Assembly: GCA_937858655.1 (NCBI GenBank)
Contig: CALLZE010000155.1
Location: forward strand, 1 to 58,437
DNA length: 58,437 nt
Reading direction: 5' to 3'
From: an uncultured Coriobacteriales bacterium
Lineage (GTDB): Bacteria > Actinomycetota > Coriobacteriia > WRKU01 > JAENWW01
Translations under genes and position numbers: made by a program
The notes under the pieces: generated by a model
What the model was told of the DNA's origin: nothing
Database searches by the model: none
What the model saw: the letters and a program-made list of their open reading frames with translations, nothing else
Part shown: positions 1 through 7,691 of the stretch, one piece after another
How positions within the stretch are numbered: the stretch's first letter is position 1
Layout of the letters: each line of letters starts with the position of its first letter

Positions 1-1
1 C

Positions 2-520
2 ATAGGGCTATTCGATATTCTCGCAAGCTTCTTTGAGCCATCCGCCATATATTCTTTTGAGCCCGTTTCCGAGACGTATCACCAGCTGAAAAACACGCTA
101 TCACATAACCGTCTGTGCAAAAACGCTCATCCCGTCAAAGCCGCGCTATCGAATCACACCAGCACAGCCGAAATATCAATCGATTCTAAAGAGCTCGGAA
201 CTTCAGGTTTAGCGACAAGGAAAAAGCAGAGAACTGAAACCGTGATAACTTATGCGCTCGATGAATGGGTTGAGCGCAACAATATTCAAAAAGTCGACTT
301 TATCAAAGCTAATATTGAAGGCGCCGAACAGCTTTTGCTTGATGGCGCGCAAAAAGTGCTCAAAGAATTCGCGCCAAAACTGGCGCTGTCCACCTATCAT
401 CTTGATGGCAACAGAGAAGCGCTTGAACAACTTATTCGCGAGGCAAACAGTGATTATCGTGTTGAACACTATGCGGGAAAGACGTTTGCCTATGCAAAAA
501 ATAAACAAACGCTGATATGA
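2..520 (+). CDS. FkbM-type SAM-dependent methyltransferase, C-terminal part (5' end lies outside the window)
   Basis: Frame 2 is open from position 2 (IGLFDILASFFEPSAIYSFEPVSETYHQL...) and runs into the listed 242..520 ORF. The overall pattern (..DFIKANIEGAE..LL.GA...) looks like FkbM-family methyltransferases. Confidence 0.6.
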   Translation: MGLFDILASFFEPSAIYSFEPVSETYHQLKNTLSHNRLCKNAHPVKAALSNHTSTAEISIDSKELGTSGLATRKKQRTETVITYALDEWVERNNIQKVDFIKANIEGAEQLLLDGAQKVLKEFAPKLALSTYHLDGNREALEQLIREANSDYRVEHYAGKTFAYAKNKQTLI

Positions 521-531
521 TTTTCTAGATG

Positions 532-1290
532 TTAAGCCCTGCGCCAGCGGGTTAGCCGCGCCTCAAGCATATTCACAAATTCGTAGAGAACAACTCCCAT
601 AAGCGCCATAGCAATAATGCCGCCAAACATCGAGGGGTAATCGATCATGCCCCATGCGTTCACGATGTAATAACCAAGGCCACTTGTCCCCGCAATCGAT
701 TCAGCCAAAAACAGGATGGCGATAGCGGTGCCCGTGTTAATCCTCAGAGCAGTAAACACATCAGGCAACGAAGCCGGGAGCACAACATCAAAAGCAATAT
801 CGCGTCGACTAGCTCCGAGCGAACGGACGCTCATAATGCTTGCCTCAGGAATCGACTGAGCACTATCGCGCGCGGTCATCATGGTTTGGAAGAAAATCAC
901 CACAGCGATAAGCACAATCTTGGGAGCATTACCAAGACCAAGCAAAACCATCAAAACGGGCAAAAATACCACTTTAGGTATGGGATAAAGCAGGTATAAA
1001 AGCGGAGCACAAATGGTGTCGGCTTTTTTCGAACGCCCGATTATGAGGCCTAACGGAAGACCCAACAATGTACCAATCAACATCGCGGCCACTACGCGAA
1101 GGAGTGATATGCCTGCCTGAGGCAGGAGCTCGGGGAGTTGATTCAGAAACTGCTTTGCCGCAGACCCTGGCATAGGCAGCGCGGGTGAGCCGATTACTTT
1201 TGAGAGCAAAGCCCACAGCGCAACAAGAGCGATGGTCGCGACTACATATCCGCCAATGCGCTTGGCAGCATGTGAAATGCGTTTATCCAC
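532..1290 (-). CDS. ABC transporter permease, NitT/TauT (SsuC/TauC-like) family
   Basis: 252 aa with multiple hydrophobic helices and an EAA-like loop (SVRSLGASRRDIAFDVVLPASLP). It overlaps the upstream ATPase gene by 8 nt. Confidence 0.85.
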   Translation of the reverse strand: MDKRISHAAKRIGGYVVATIALVALWALLSKVIGSPALPMPGSAAKQFLNQLPELLPQAGISLLRVVAAMLIGTLLGLPLGLIIGRSKKADTICAPLLYLLYPIPKVVFLPVLMVLLGLGNAPKIVLIAVVIFFQTMMTARDSAQSIPEASIMSVRSLGASRRDIAFDVVLPASLPDVFTALRINTGTAIAILFLAESIAGTSGLGYYIVNAWGMIDYPSMFGGIIAMALMGVVLYEFVNMLEARLTRWRRA

Positions 1291-2044
1291 GGGTCACCTC
1301 CGCCTGCAACAATGCGCGCACGCGCGTACAGATATCAAAATACTCCTGCGTGGTGCGATATGACTCAGAGCCCATACCGGGATTTTCGATGACCTCTTTT
1401 ATGCATCCGGGCTTCCCACCCATCAGCACAATGCGGCGCCCCAAAAAGGCCGCCTCTTCAATCGAATGAGTGACCAAAATCTGCGTGTAGGCGCGTTTTT
1501 CCCACAAGTGAAGAAGTACGTTTTGCAACTCTTCACGCGTCAAAGCATCAAGAGCGCTTAAAGGCTCGTCCATGAGCAAAATATCACACTCAAGCGAAAG
1601 GGAGCGGGCCAATGCAAGGCGTTGTTTCATGCCGCCTGAAAGTTGTGCGGGGTAACTCTTCTCAACGTCAGCGAGACCGACAACTTCAAGCGCCTCATGA
1701 GCCTTCGCGCGTGCCGTTGCACGCTTTACGCCAGCAATCTTGAGCCCGAGTGCCGCATTCCCTATGACCGTTTTCCATGGGAGCAACCCATAATCCTGCA
1801 AAATGAGTGCTGTTTCTTTGCGCGGCTTTTCGACTACTTGGTCATTTATTTTTAGCTCTCCAGCGCTTGGCTTTATAAGTCCCGCTATCAATTTCAATAT
1901 GGTCGACTTGCCACAGCCCGATGGGCCGATTATCGCAATAGGTTCGCCCGCCTCAACAGAGAAAGACACCCCCTTGAGAGCGTGAATGTCCTCCCCGACC
2001 GAAGAATATGTGAGCGCTATGTTTTGTGCGTCGATTTTAGCCAT
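1283..2044 (-). CDS. ABC transporter ATP-binding protein (NitT/TauT family)
   Basis: Walker A GPSGCGKST, signature LSGGMKQRLALARS, Walker B ILLMDEPLSALD. I prefer the start at MAKIDAQNI (2044) over the ORF-track start at 2092. Confidence 0.9.
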   Translation of the reverse strand: MAKIDAQNIALTYSSVGEDIHALKGVSFSVEAGEPIAIIGPSGCGKSTILKLIAGLIKPSAGELKINDQVVEKPRKETALILQDYGLLPWKTVIGNAALGLKIAGVKRATARAKAHEALEVVGLADVEKSYPAQLSGGMKQRLALARSLSLECDILLMDEPLSALDALTREELQNVLLHLWEKRAYTQILVTHSIEEAAFLGRRIVLMGGKPGCIKEVIENPGMGSESYRTTQEYFDICTRVRALLQAEVTRG

Positions 2045-2062
2045 ACCTGTATTATAACGAAA

Positions 2063-2089
2063 GTTGCTTGCGCTATAATGAACAGCAAC
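2063..2089. promoter_or_regulatory. Candidate TetR operator / divergent promoter: inverted repeat GTTGCT-N15-AGCAAC enclosing a TATAAT hexamer (2074..2079)
   Basis: The repeat was read directly from the sequence. It lies in the 69-bp gap between the divergent ABC ATPase and TetR genes. Confidence 0.35.
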
Positions 2090-2113
2090 CACCCTGTCTT
2101 CAAAAGGACTTTC

Positions 2114-2719
2114 ATGGCATCCGAAAAACCCAAAAAGAAAAGCAAAAAAGAACTTCTCTTTTCCGCCGCGATGAGCATCATTGGCGAGCGTGGGTACGCG
2201 GGCGCATCAGTAGATGAAATCGCAGCCAAGGCAGGAGTAGCCAAGGGCGTTGTCTATTACTATTTTGATTCAAAAGCCGCTTTGGCTGAACAGCTCATAA
2301 AATCTGGTCTCGAATTTTTGGCGGTACGACTTGAGCGCGCTGTCGAACCAGACATGACGCCGGAGGAAGCCATTACCGCGCTTGCCCACGAGCAGATGCG
2401 CCAGATTGAAAAGCGACGAGATTTCGCAAAATTCCTGCTTTCAGAAATGTGGCGTGAAGACCGCGAGTGGCGCGAAACGCTCAACGCAAGCATTGAAATC
2501 ATCACTGCCCTCTTTGTGCGGGAAATTGAACGTGGCCAAGCAGATGGCCATTTTCGTCAAGATTTGAACGTCCACTTCACCGCTCAGACCATTTGGGCGA
2601 CTTTTTTAGCAGGTGCCCTAAACTGGACTGTTGTTCACCCCGAACTCGACTATCATAAACTTGCTGATGACCTTGCATCTTTTGCGCTAGCCGGTCTCTA
2701 TTCTCAGGAGGAGAAATGA
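2114..2719 (+). CDS. TetR/AcrR family transcriptional regulator
   Basis: N-terminal HTH LLFSAAMSIIGERGYAGASVDEIAAKAGVAKGVVYYYFDSK. The ATG at 2114 is preferred because the upstream part of the ORF overlaps the divergent gene. Confidence 0.85.
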   Translation: MASEKPKKKSKKELLFSAAMSIIGERGYAGASVDEIAAKAGVAKGVVYYYFDSKAALAEQLIKSGLEFLAVRLERAVEPDMTPEEAITALAHEQMRQIEKRRDFAKFLLSEMWREDREWRETLNASIEIITALFVREIERGQADGHFRQDLNVHFTAQTIWATFLAGALNWTVVHPELDYHKLADDLASFALAGLYSQEEK

Positions 2720-3603
2720 CGCGCTTTCTTAAAGACTCACCAGAACTTCTCGAAAAGCTCGCCCAAGTTGATATTGTCTACACTGACCTTGACGGTACTC
2801 TGCTTGGTCGCGGCGGCACCCTTCTTATTGACGGCGAGGGGAACCCCGATTTTAATACCGCGGCAACCGTTGTCGCGGCAAATAAAGCCGGTCTGCCCAT
2901 TGTTCCTGTCACGGGACGTTCATGTGCACAACTTACAGAAATTACGCGCATGTGCGGGTGGACCGATTACATCGCGGAAGCTGGCGCAATTCGCTCATAT
3001 TTTGATGGTAAAGAGCGCACCTTCATGTTCGATATCCCTGAGTGGAACTCTGAACTTAAACGTCAGCTCATAACAAAAACGCCTATTGAAATTATTCGCG
3101 AACACGGCGTTGTTGAGAGACTTATGGAAGCATTCCCTGGTTGCATCGAATATCACACGCCGTGGGACGTCCACCGCGACGCTACCGAGGTACTGCGCGG
3201 CTTCCTCAATCGCCAAGCAGCCCTTGAGCTTCTCGACGAGATTGATCTTCCTCTCTCGCTGATTGATAACGGTGTCATCCATCCCCGCCTGCACACACTC
3301 AAAGCAAGCGATGAGCCTATTCGCGCCTATCATCTCACCCCAGCCGGCGTGTCAAAACGCAGGGCTATTGCGCTTGACCTCGAATATCGCGGCATTGATC
3401 CCTCACGCGCCATCATGATTGGCGATGCGCCCAGCGACATGCTCTGTGCCGAAGTGGTGAGCGTCAGCATTCTCGTTGAGAATGCCCTTCGTTCGCCGGG
3501 GATCGATAAGCGCATCGATAACATTGAAAATACTGCCATAGTCGAAGGTTTTGCCGGCGATGGCTGGAGTCGCGTCATTAACGAAGTACTCTCAAATTTT
3601 TAA
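2716..3603 (+). CDS. HAD-superfamily hydrolase (Cof/HAD-IIB-like)
   Basis: Motif I YTDLDGTLLG and C-terminal GDAPSDM motif. ATGA start/stop overlap with the TetR gene. Confidence 0.8.
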   Translation: MTRFLKDSPELLEKLAQVDIVYTDLDGTLLGRGGTLLIDGEGNPDFNTAATVVAANKAGLPIVPVTGRSCAQLTEITRMCGWTDYIAEAGAIRSYFDGKERTFMFDIPEWNSELKRQLITKTPIEIIREHGVVERLMEAFPGCIEYHTPWDVHRDATEVLRGFLNRQAALELLDEIDLPLSLIDNGVIHPRLHTLKASDEPIRAYHLTPAGVSKRRAIALDLEYRGIDPSRAIMIGDAPSDMLCAEVVSVSILVENALRSPGIDKRIDNIENTAIVEGFAGDGWSRVINEVLSNF

Positions 3604-3674
3604 AGCAAATAAACGCAATTCTGTCCGTCTCACTACGCGAAGACTGGCACCTTGCTGCGCATTTTGTGTATACT

Positions 3675-3852
3675 AGACACCTGTGCTGTGCCGATTTTTT
3701 GCTCAGCCGTACCTATAACCGAGAGAAAAGGACTTCTGTGAAACCTCACAGTACCCAGCCTCGGTAGGTGTTCCCTTGTAGCGCATATGCGCATTTGACT
3801 CTGTTATGCGAGGAGCACTCATCGAGGCCACTTAACATAACGGAGGAATCCC
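3675..3852 (+). promoter_or_regulatory. Structured 5' leader (candidate riboswitch/attenuator) of the MgtE-like/NRMT operon
   Basis: There is a TATACT -10-like hexamer at 3669..3674. Hairpin CTGTGA-AACC-TCACAG at 3736..3751. Palindrome GCGCATATGCGC at 3781..3792. Helix GCCTCG (3758..3763) pairs with CGAGGC (3823..3828). A 10-bp helix, CTCTGTTATG (3799..3808) with CATAACGGAG (3836..3845), covers most of the GGAGG SD at 3842..3846. Confidence 0.5.
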
Positions 3853-5751
3853 GTGATTTATCTTTCCCAACTGCTCGGAAAGCCGGTCGTAGATGCCGCT
3901 GACGAGCAAATCGGAACAATTAGCGATATAGCCATCGCAACTGGCGAGGTCTTCCCTCGTGTAACTGCGCTTGCCTTTAAAGGACCCGATAAGACGCCCT
4001 TTATGTTGTCGTGGCGCAAATATGTCAAAGAGTTTGAGGGCGATAAGGTCGAGCTCAACACGTCATCCGACGAGCTGCGCTTTAGTTACTTGCAGTCTGA
4101 TGAGATTTTGCTTTCTCGTGACCTTCTCAACAAACAAATTGTCGACACTCAAGGCATGAAAGTCGTTCGCGTAAACGACCTCAAACTATCCGATTCGAGC
4201 AACACACTTCGTCTGCTTGGAGCAGAAGTCGGTATGCGCGGGCTTTTACGCGCCATCTCCCCTGGCTTTGAAAAAACTGTAGGCCGTTTTCTCTCAATTT
4301 TTAATCAGAGCATTCCTGAAAATCTTATTGCGTGGAACTATATGGACTTGCTTGAGCATGACTTAAGCCAAGTAAAGCTCTCGGTAACACACAAACGTCT
4401 TCATGAGTTACACCCAGCAGACGTCGCAGACATTTTGGAGCAACTCGCGCCAAACCAACGCGCAGCGGTATTTGCCCACCTCGACAACACACAAGCTGCT
4501 GAGACAATTTCAGAACTCGAAGAGGAGTACCAAGCCGACGTCATTGAAGACCTCTCCGAGCGACGCGCTTCTGACTTGCTGGCTGAAATGGATCCTGACG
4601 ATGCTGCCGACGTCATCGGCGACCTTGATTACGGCAAAGCAGAACGCCTCCTGCGCCTTATGGGCGTCGAAGACTCTGATGCCATCCGTAAACTGCTCGG
4701 TTATCGCGAAAAAACCGCGGGCGGTATCATGACTCCTGAAGTCACCACTGGGCGTGAGTCTATGACGGTTGAAGAGACCATCGAGCACATCCGTGATGTG
4801 GCAGAACAACGCGAAAGCATTCATTACGTGTACGTCATTGATTCAGAAAACGAGCTCAAGGGCGTCGTTTCATTACGCCAACTACTTCTTGAACCTGTTG
4901 AGAAGACATTGGGCGAAATCATGGAACGCAATCTTTTTGTGGCCAATCCTGATGATGACCAAGAAGAGGTAGCGGAAACTATCTCGAAATATGACTTGCT
5001 CTCTGTTCCGGTCGTTGATGATAAGCATAAACTCCTTGGTATCGTTACCATCGATGATGCGCTCGACGTTCTCGAGGAAGAAGCGGAAGAAGACCTCGTG
5101 CGGGCAACTGGTCGCAGCGAGCACAAAGAGGGTGCCAACCCCCTCGCATGGCTCATGCCTCGTCGAAGCGGCTGGATTGTCTTGTGGCTGATTGCCCTGT
5201 TTGGCATGTCGCTTGCTTCATCAACACTGAACAGTAAATATATGGCGAGTTCTGCCCAAATGAGTTCAAAAACTTTCGGCATCTTAGTATTGCTTGCTGG
5301 CGCCGCTCAGATTGCCACTCTTGGCGCAACCATTTTGCCGCTCATTCTCATTTCACTTGAAGAAAGCGCGATTCGTGGCATCGAACTGCTCACAGATGCC
5401 AAAAAAGATGAACGCCCCTCGCTCGCCAAGCGCTTCTTATTTGGAGGAGGCGTCGCCTCTGCGAGTGGTTTATTCTCAGGCATTATCGTTCTTGCACTAA
5501 CCGATTTGCTCACAGGCTCAATTGGACTTTCGAGCGCGTACGGGTTGTGCGTTTTTGCAGCAGCACTTGTCAGCGGGCTTTTGCTTACCGCTCTCGTCAA
5601 TATGACAGTGCGTCGCGACGACAAAGGAAAGCCAACTTCACCAGCGGGCATTTCTCTTATCGCCATGCTCGTATGCACACTGATTGTATTAGGCAGCGCT
5701 TTTCTGCTACTCGTTTACGTTCCAGCCTTTTCAGCGAGCATTTTGGGATAA
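3853..5751 (+). CDS. PRC-barrel / MgtE_N / CBS-pair membrane protein (MgtE-related, atypical C-terminal membrane domain)
   Basis: GTG start after GGAGG. PRC-like segments LLGKPVVDAADEQIGTISDIAI and LLNKQIVDTQGMKVVRVNDLKL. MgtE_N-like LHELHPADVADILEQL...DPDDAADVIGDL. CBS pair GGIMTPEV...VPVVDDKHKLLGIVTIDDALDVLEEE. The C-terminal ~190 aa is hydrophobic, but I could not see MgtE pore signatures. Confidence 0.8.
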   Translation: MIYLSQLLGKPVVDAADEQIGTISDIAIATGEVFPRVTALAFKGPDKTPFMLSWRKYVKEFEGDKVELNTSSDELRFSYLQSDEILLSRDLLNKQIVDTQGMKVVRVNDLKLSDSSNTLRLLGAEVGMRGLLRAISPGFEKTVGRFLSIFNQSIPENLIAWNYMDLLEHDLSQVKLSVTHKRLHELHPADVADILEQLAPNQRAAVFAHLDNTQAAETISELEEEYQADVIEDLSERRASDLLAEMDPDDAADVIGDLDYGKAERLLRLMGVEDSDAIRKLLGYREKTAGGIMTPEVTTGRESMTVEETIEHIRDVAEQRESIHYVYVIDSENELKGVVSLRQLLLEPVEKTLGEIMERNLFVANPDDDQEEVAETISKYDLLSVPVVDDKHKLLGIVTIDDALDVLEEEAEEDLVRATGRSEHKEGANPLAWLMPRRSGWIVLWLIALFGMSLASSTLNSKYMASSAQMSSKTFGILVLLAGAAQIATLGATILPLILISLEESAIRGIELLTDAKKDERPSLAKRFLFGGGVASASGLFSGIIVLALTDLLTGSIGLSSAYGLCVFAAALVSGLLLTALVNMTVRRDDKGKPTSPAGISLIAMLVCTLIVLGSAFLLLVYVPAFSASILG

Positions 5752-5760
5752 CACGCACAT

Positions 5761-7047
5761 ATGACACCGCAAAATGACATAGAAACTCAACCAGCTGCAC
5801 AGCGTACGCCATGGTATAAACGTCTTGGCCTCGTAATAACCGCAATGGGCCCCGGCATTATTGCCGCAAGCGCGGGCAACGATGCGGGTGGTATTTCCAC
5901 GTATTCTACAGACGGAGCCACTTTTGGATACAAAACGCTCTGGATGATTTTCCTCATGACGTTTTCGCTCATCGTTGTCCAAGAAATGGCTGCCCGCATG
6001 GGAGCGGTCACTGGCAAGGGCTTCGCGGCGCTCATTCGTGAAAAGTTTGGCGTCAAGTCTACAATTTTTGCGATGACCACGCTTCTCGCCAGCAACGCGG
6101 CAACGAGTGTCGCGGAATTCGCTGGTATTGCTGCCGCATTCGAACTCTTTGGCGTAAGCCGTTATATTTCGGTACCCATTGCCGCGATTACCGTATGGCT
6201 TCTCGTCACTCGCAGTTCTTTTAAATATGTTGAAAAAGTATTTTTGGTGCTTTCAAGTGTCTTTGTGACCTATATCATCGCTGCCTTTATGGCAAAGCCA
6301 AATTGGGGCGAAGTCATTCATGCAACGGTCGTTCCGCAATTTGAACCAAACGTAAATTTTGTTCTACTTGTGGTTGCAACGGTCGGTACAACAATTGCAC
6401 CTTGGATGCAGTTTTTCGTGCAGTCAAACATTGTTGACAAAGGTACGTCAGTAAAAAATCTCTTCTATCAGCGTGTTGATGTTATTACGGGAGCCATAAG
6501 CGCCAATATTGTTGCTTGGTTCATCATCGTCGCAACAGGTGCGACCCTCTATAAAAATGGCATCTTGGTAAGTTCGGCTGAAGCGGCAGCAAAAGCCCTG
6601 ACACCTGTCGCCGGTAAATACGCGACCATCCTCTTTGCGGTTGGTCTCGCGGGCGCGTCTCTTTTGGCTGCCTGCGTATTGCCGCTAACTGCTGCGTATG
6701 CCGTCACGGAAGCATTTGGCTGGGAGCGCGGGCTTGATCATTCATTCAGCGAGGCTCCCGCGTTCAATATCATTTTTACTTTCGTCATTCTGTTTGGAGC
6801 CGCCCTTGTGCTTGTCCCCAAGGCTCCCCTTATTACCATCATGGTTATGTCCCAAGCAATAAATGGAGTCTTGCTCCCTATTTTGATGATTTTCCAGATA
6901 CTAATCATCAACGATAAGCGTATTATGGGAAAGTACACCAACAAAAAGCTCACCAATATTCTTGCTTGGATTACTGCCTTAGTTGTTATCGCGCTTACTA
7001 TTGTTCTTTTGGTAGGAAGTGTTCTGCAAAAAATGGGTATTTTGTAG
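5761..7047 (+). CDS. NRAMP-family transporter with NRMT-type (Mg2+-transporter-like) metal-site substitutions
   Basis: 428 aa, about 11 TM helices. TM1 reads GPGIIAASAGNDAGGISTYS where canonical NRAMPs have DPGN. TM6 reads VGTTIAPWMQFFVQS where canonical NRAMPs have A..MPH. It starts 9 nt after the MgtE-like gene. Confidence 0.8.
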   Translation: MTPQNDIETQPAAQRTPWYKRLGLVITAMGPGIIAASAGNDAGGISTYSTDGATFGYKTLWMIFLMTFSLIVVQEMAARMGAVTGKGFAALIREKFGVKSTIFAMTTLLASNAATSVAEFAGIAAAFELFGVSRYISVPIAAITVWLLVTRSSFKYVEKVFLVLSSVFVTYIIAAFMAKPNWGEVIHATVVPQFEPNVNFVLLVVATVGTTIAPWMQFFVQSNIVDKGTSVKNLFYQRVDVITGAISANIVAWFIIVATGATLYKNGILVSSAEAAAKALTPVAGKYATILFAVGLAGASLLAACVLPLTAAYAVTEAFGWERGLDHSFSEAPAFNIIFTFVILFGAALVLVPKAPLITIMVMSQAINGVLLPILMIFQILIINDKRIMGKYTNKKLTNILAWITALVVIALTIVLLVGSVLQKMGIL

Positions 7048-7062
7048 CACGAGGAGAAACTT

Positions 7063-7674
7063 ATGGTTCAGCATCGCAAACATGAACTCAGAAAAAAGGC
7101 GCTTGAGCGTCGTGCTGGATTTTCTGGGAGGGATCGAGCGCGTGCCGCTGAAGAGTTGGCTGACCAACTTTTGTCTTTACCATCACTCAAACAAGCAAAA
7201 ACAATTTCTGCCTATGTGCCCTTTGGTGGCGAGATAAACATCTTGCCAGCCCTCGGAGCGCTTTTTGATTCAGAGGAATGCGCGCTTGAACGTGTCGTTA
7301 TGCCTCGTGTTGTTACTGGCGAGGACCGCCTCTCGCTCCATCTATGCAGCCCGAAGCTCTTTACTGAAGTCCTAGGGGGAGAAACGTTTGTCGAGGGCTA
7401 CGGAGGGATATTAGAGCCTCCTGCGACGTGGCCCGAAGTCCCTTTCGATGAAGTCGACGTTATTATTGTGCCCGGAGTCGCTTTTGACCGCGATTGCATG
7501 CGCATCGGCTACGGCAAGGGCTTCTATGACAGGATGCTTGGACAACGCAGAGAAGACTCAACGGCCATCGGCGTCATTTTCGATGAATTACTCTACGATG
7601 TGCTTCCTCTTGAAGAGCACGACGTCGCCATGGATATGGTCGTATCACCCCATGAGGTCTTAATTCGCTCATAA
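7063..7674 (+). CDS. 5-formyltetrahydrofolate cyclo-ligase
   Basis: Motifs SAYVPFGGEINILP and VIIVPGVAFDRDCMRIGYGKGFYDRML. GAGGAG RBS upstream. Confidence 0.85.
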   Translation: MVQHRKHELRKKALERRAGFSGRDRARAAEELADQLLSLPSLKQAKTISAYVPFGGEINILPALGALFDSEECALERVVMPRVVTGEDRLSLHLCSPKLFTEVLGGETFVEGYGGILEPPATWPEVPFDEVDVIIVPGVAFDRDCMRIGYGKGFYDRMLGQRREDSTAIGVIFDELLYDVLPLEEHDVAMDMVVSPHEVLIRS

Positions 7675-7691
7675 ATGTATCTTAAAAAAGT

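Noticed and set aside
532-2044. ABC importer lacking a substrate-binding protein as a possible novelty
   Set aside because: The binding protein may simply be encoded elsewhere or beyond the window edge. There is not enough evidence for anything unusual.
3645-3660. Sigma-54-like TGGCAC...TGC element upstream of the MgtE-like gene
   Set aside because: The GG-to-GC spacing is off by one relative to TGGCAC-N5-TTGCW, and the downstream element is TGCGC rather than TTGCW. No enhancer-binding protein is nearby.
3675-3852. Canonical M-box (ykoK) Mg2+ riboswitch
   Set aside because: Only a GGUAGGUG-like fragment and a P1-like helix are recognisable. The enclosed region is ~60 nt versus ~150 nt for the multi-helix M-box. 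It is kept as an uncharacterised structured leader pending a covariance-model scan.
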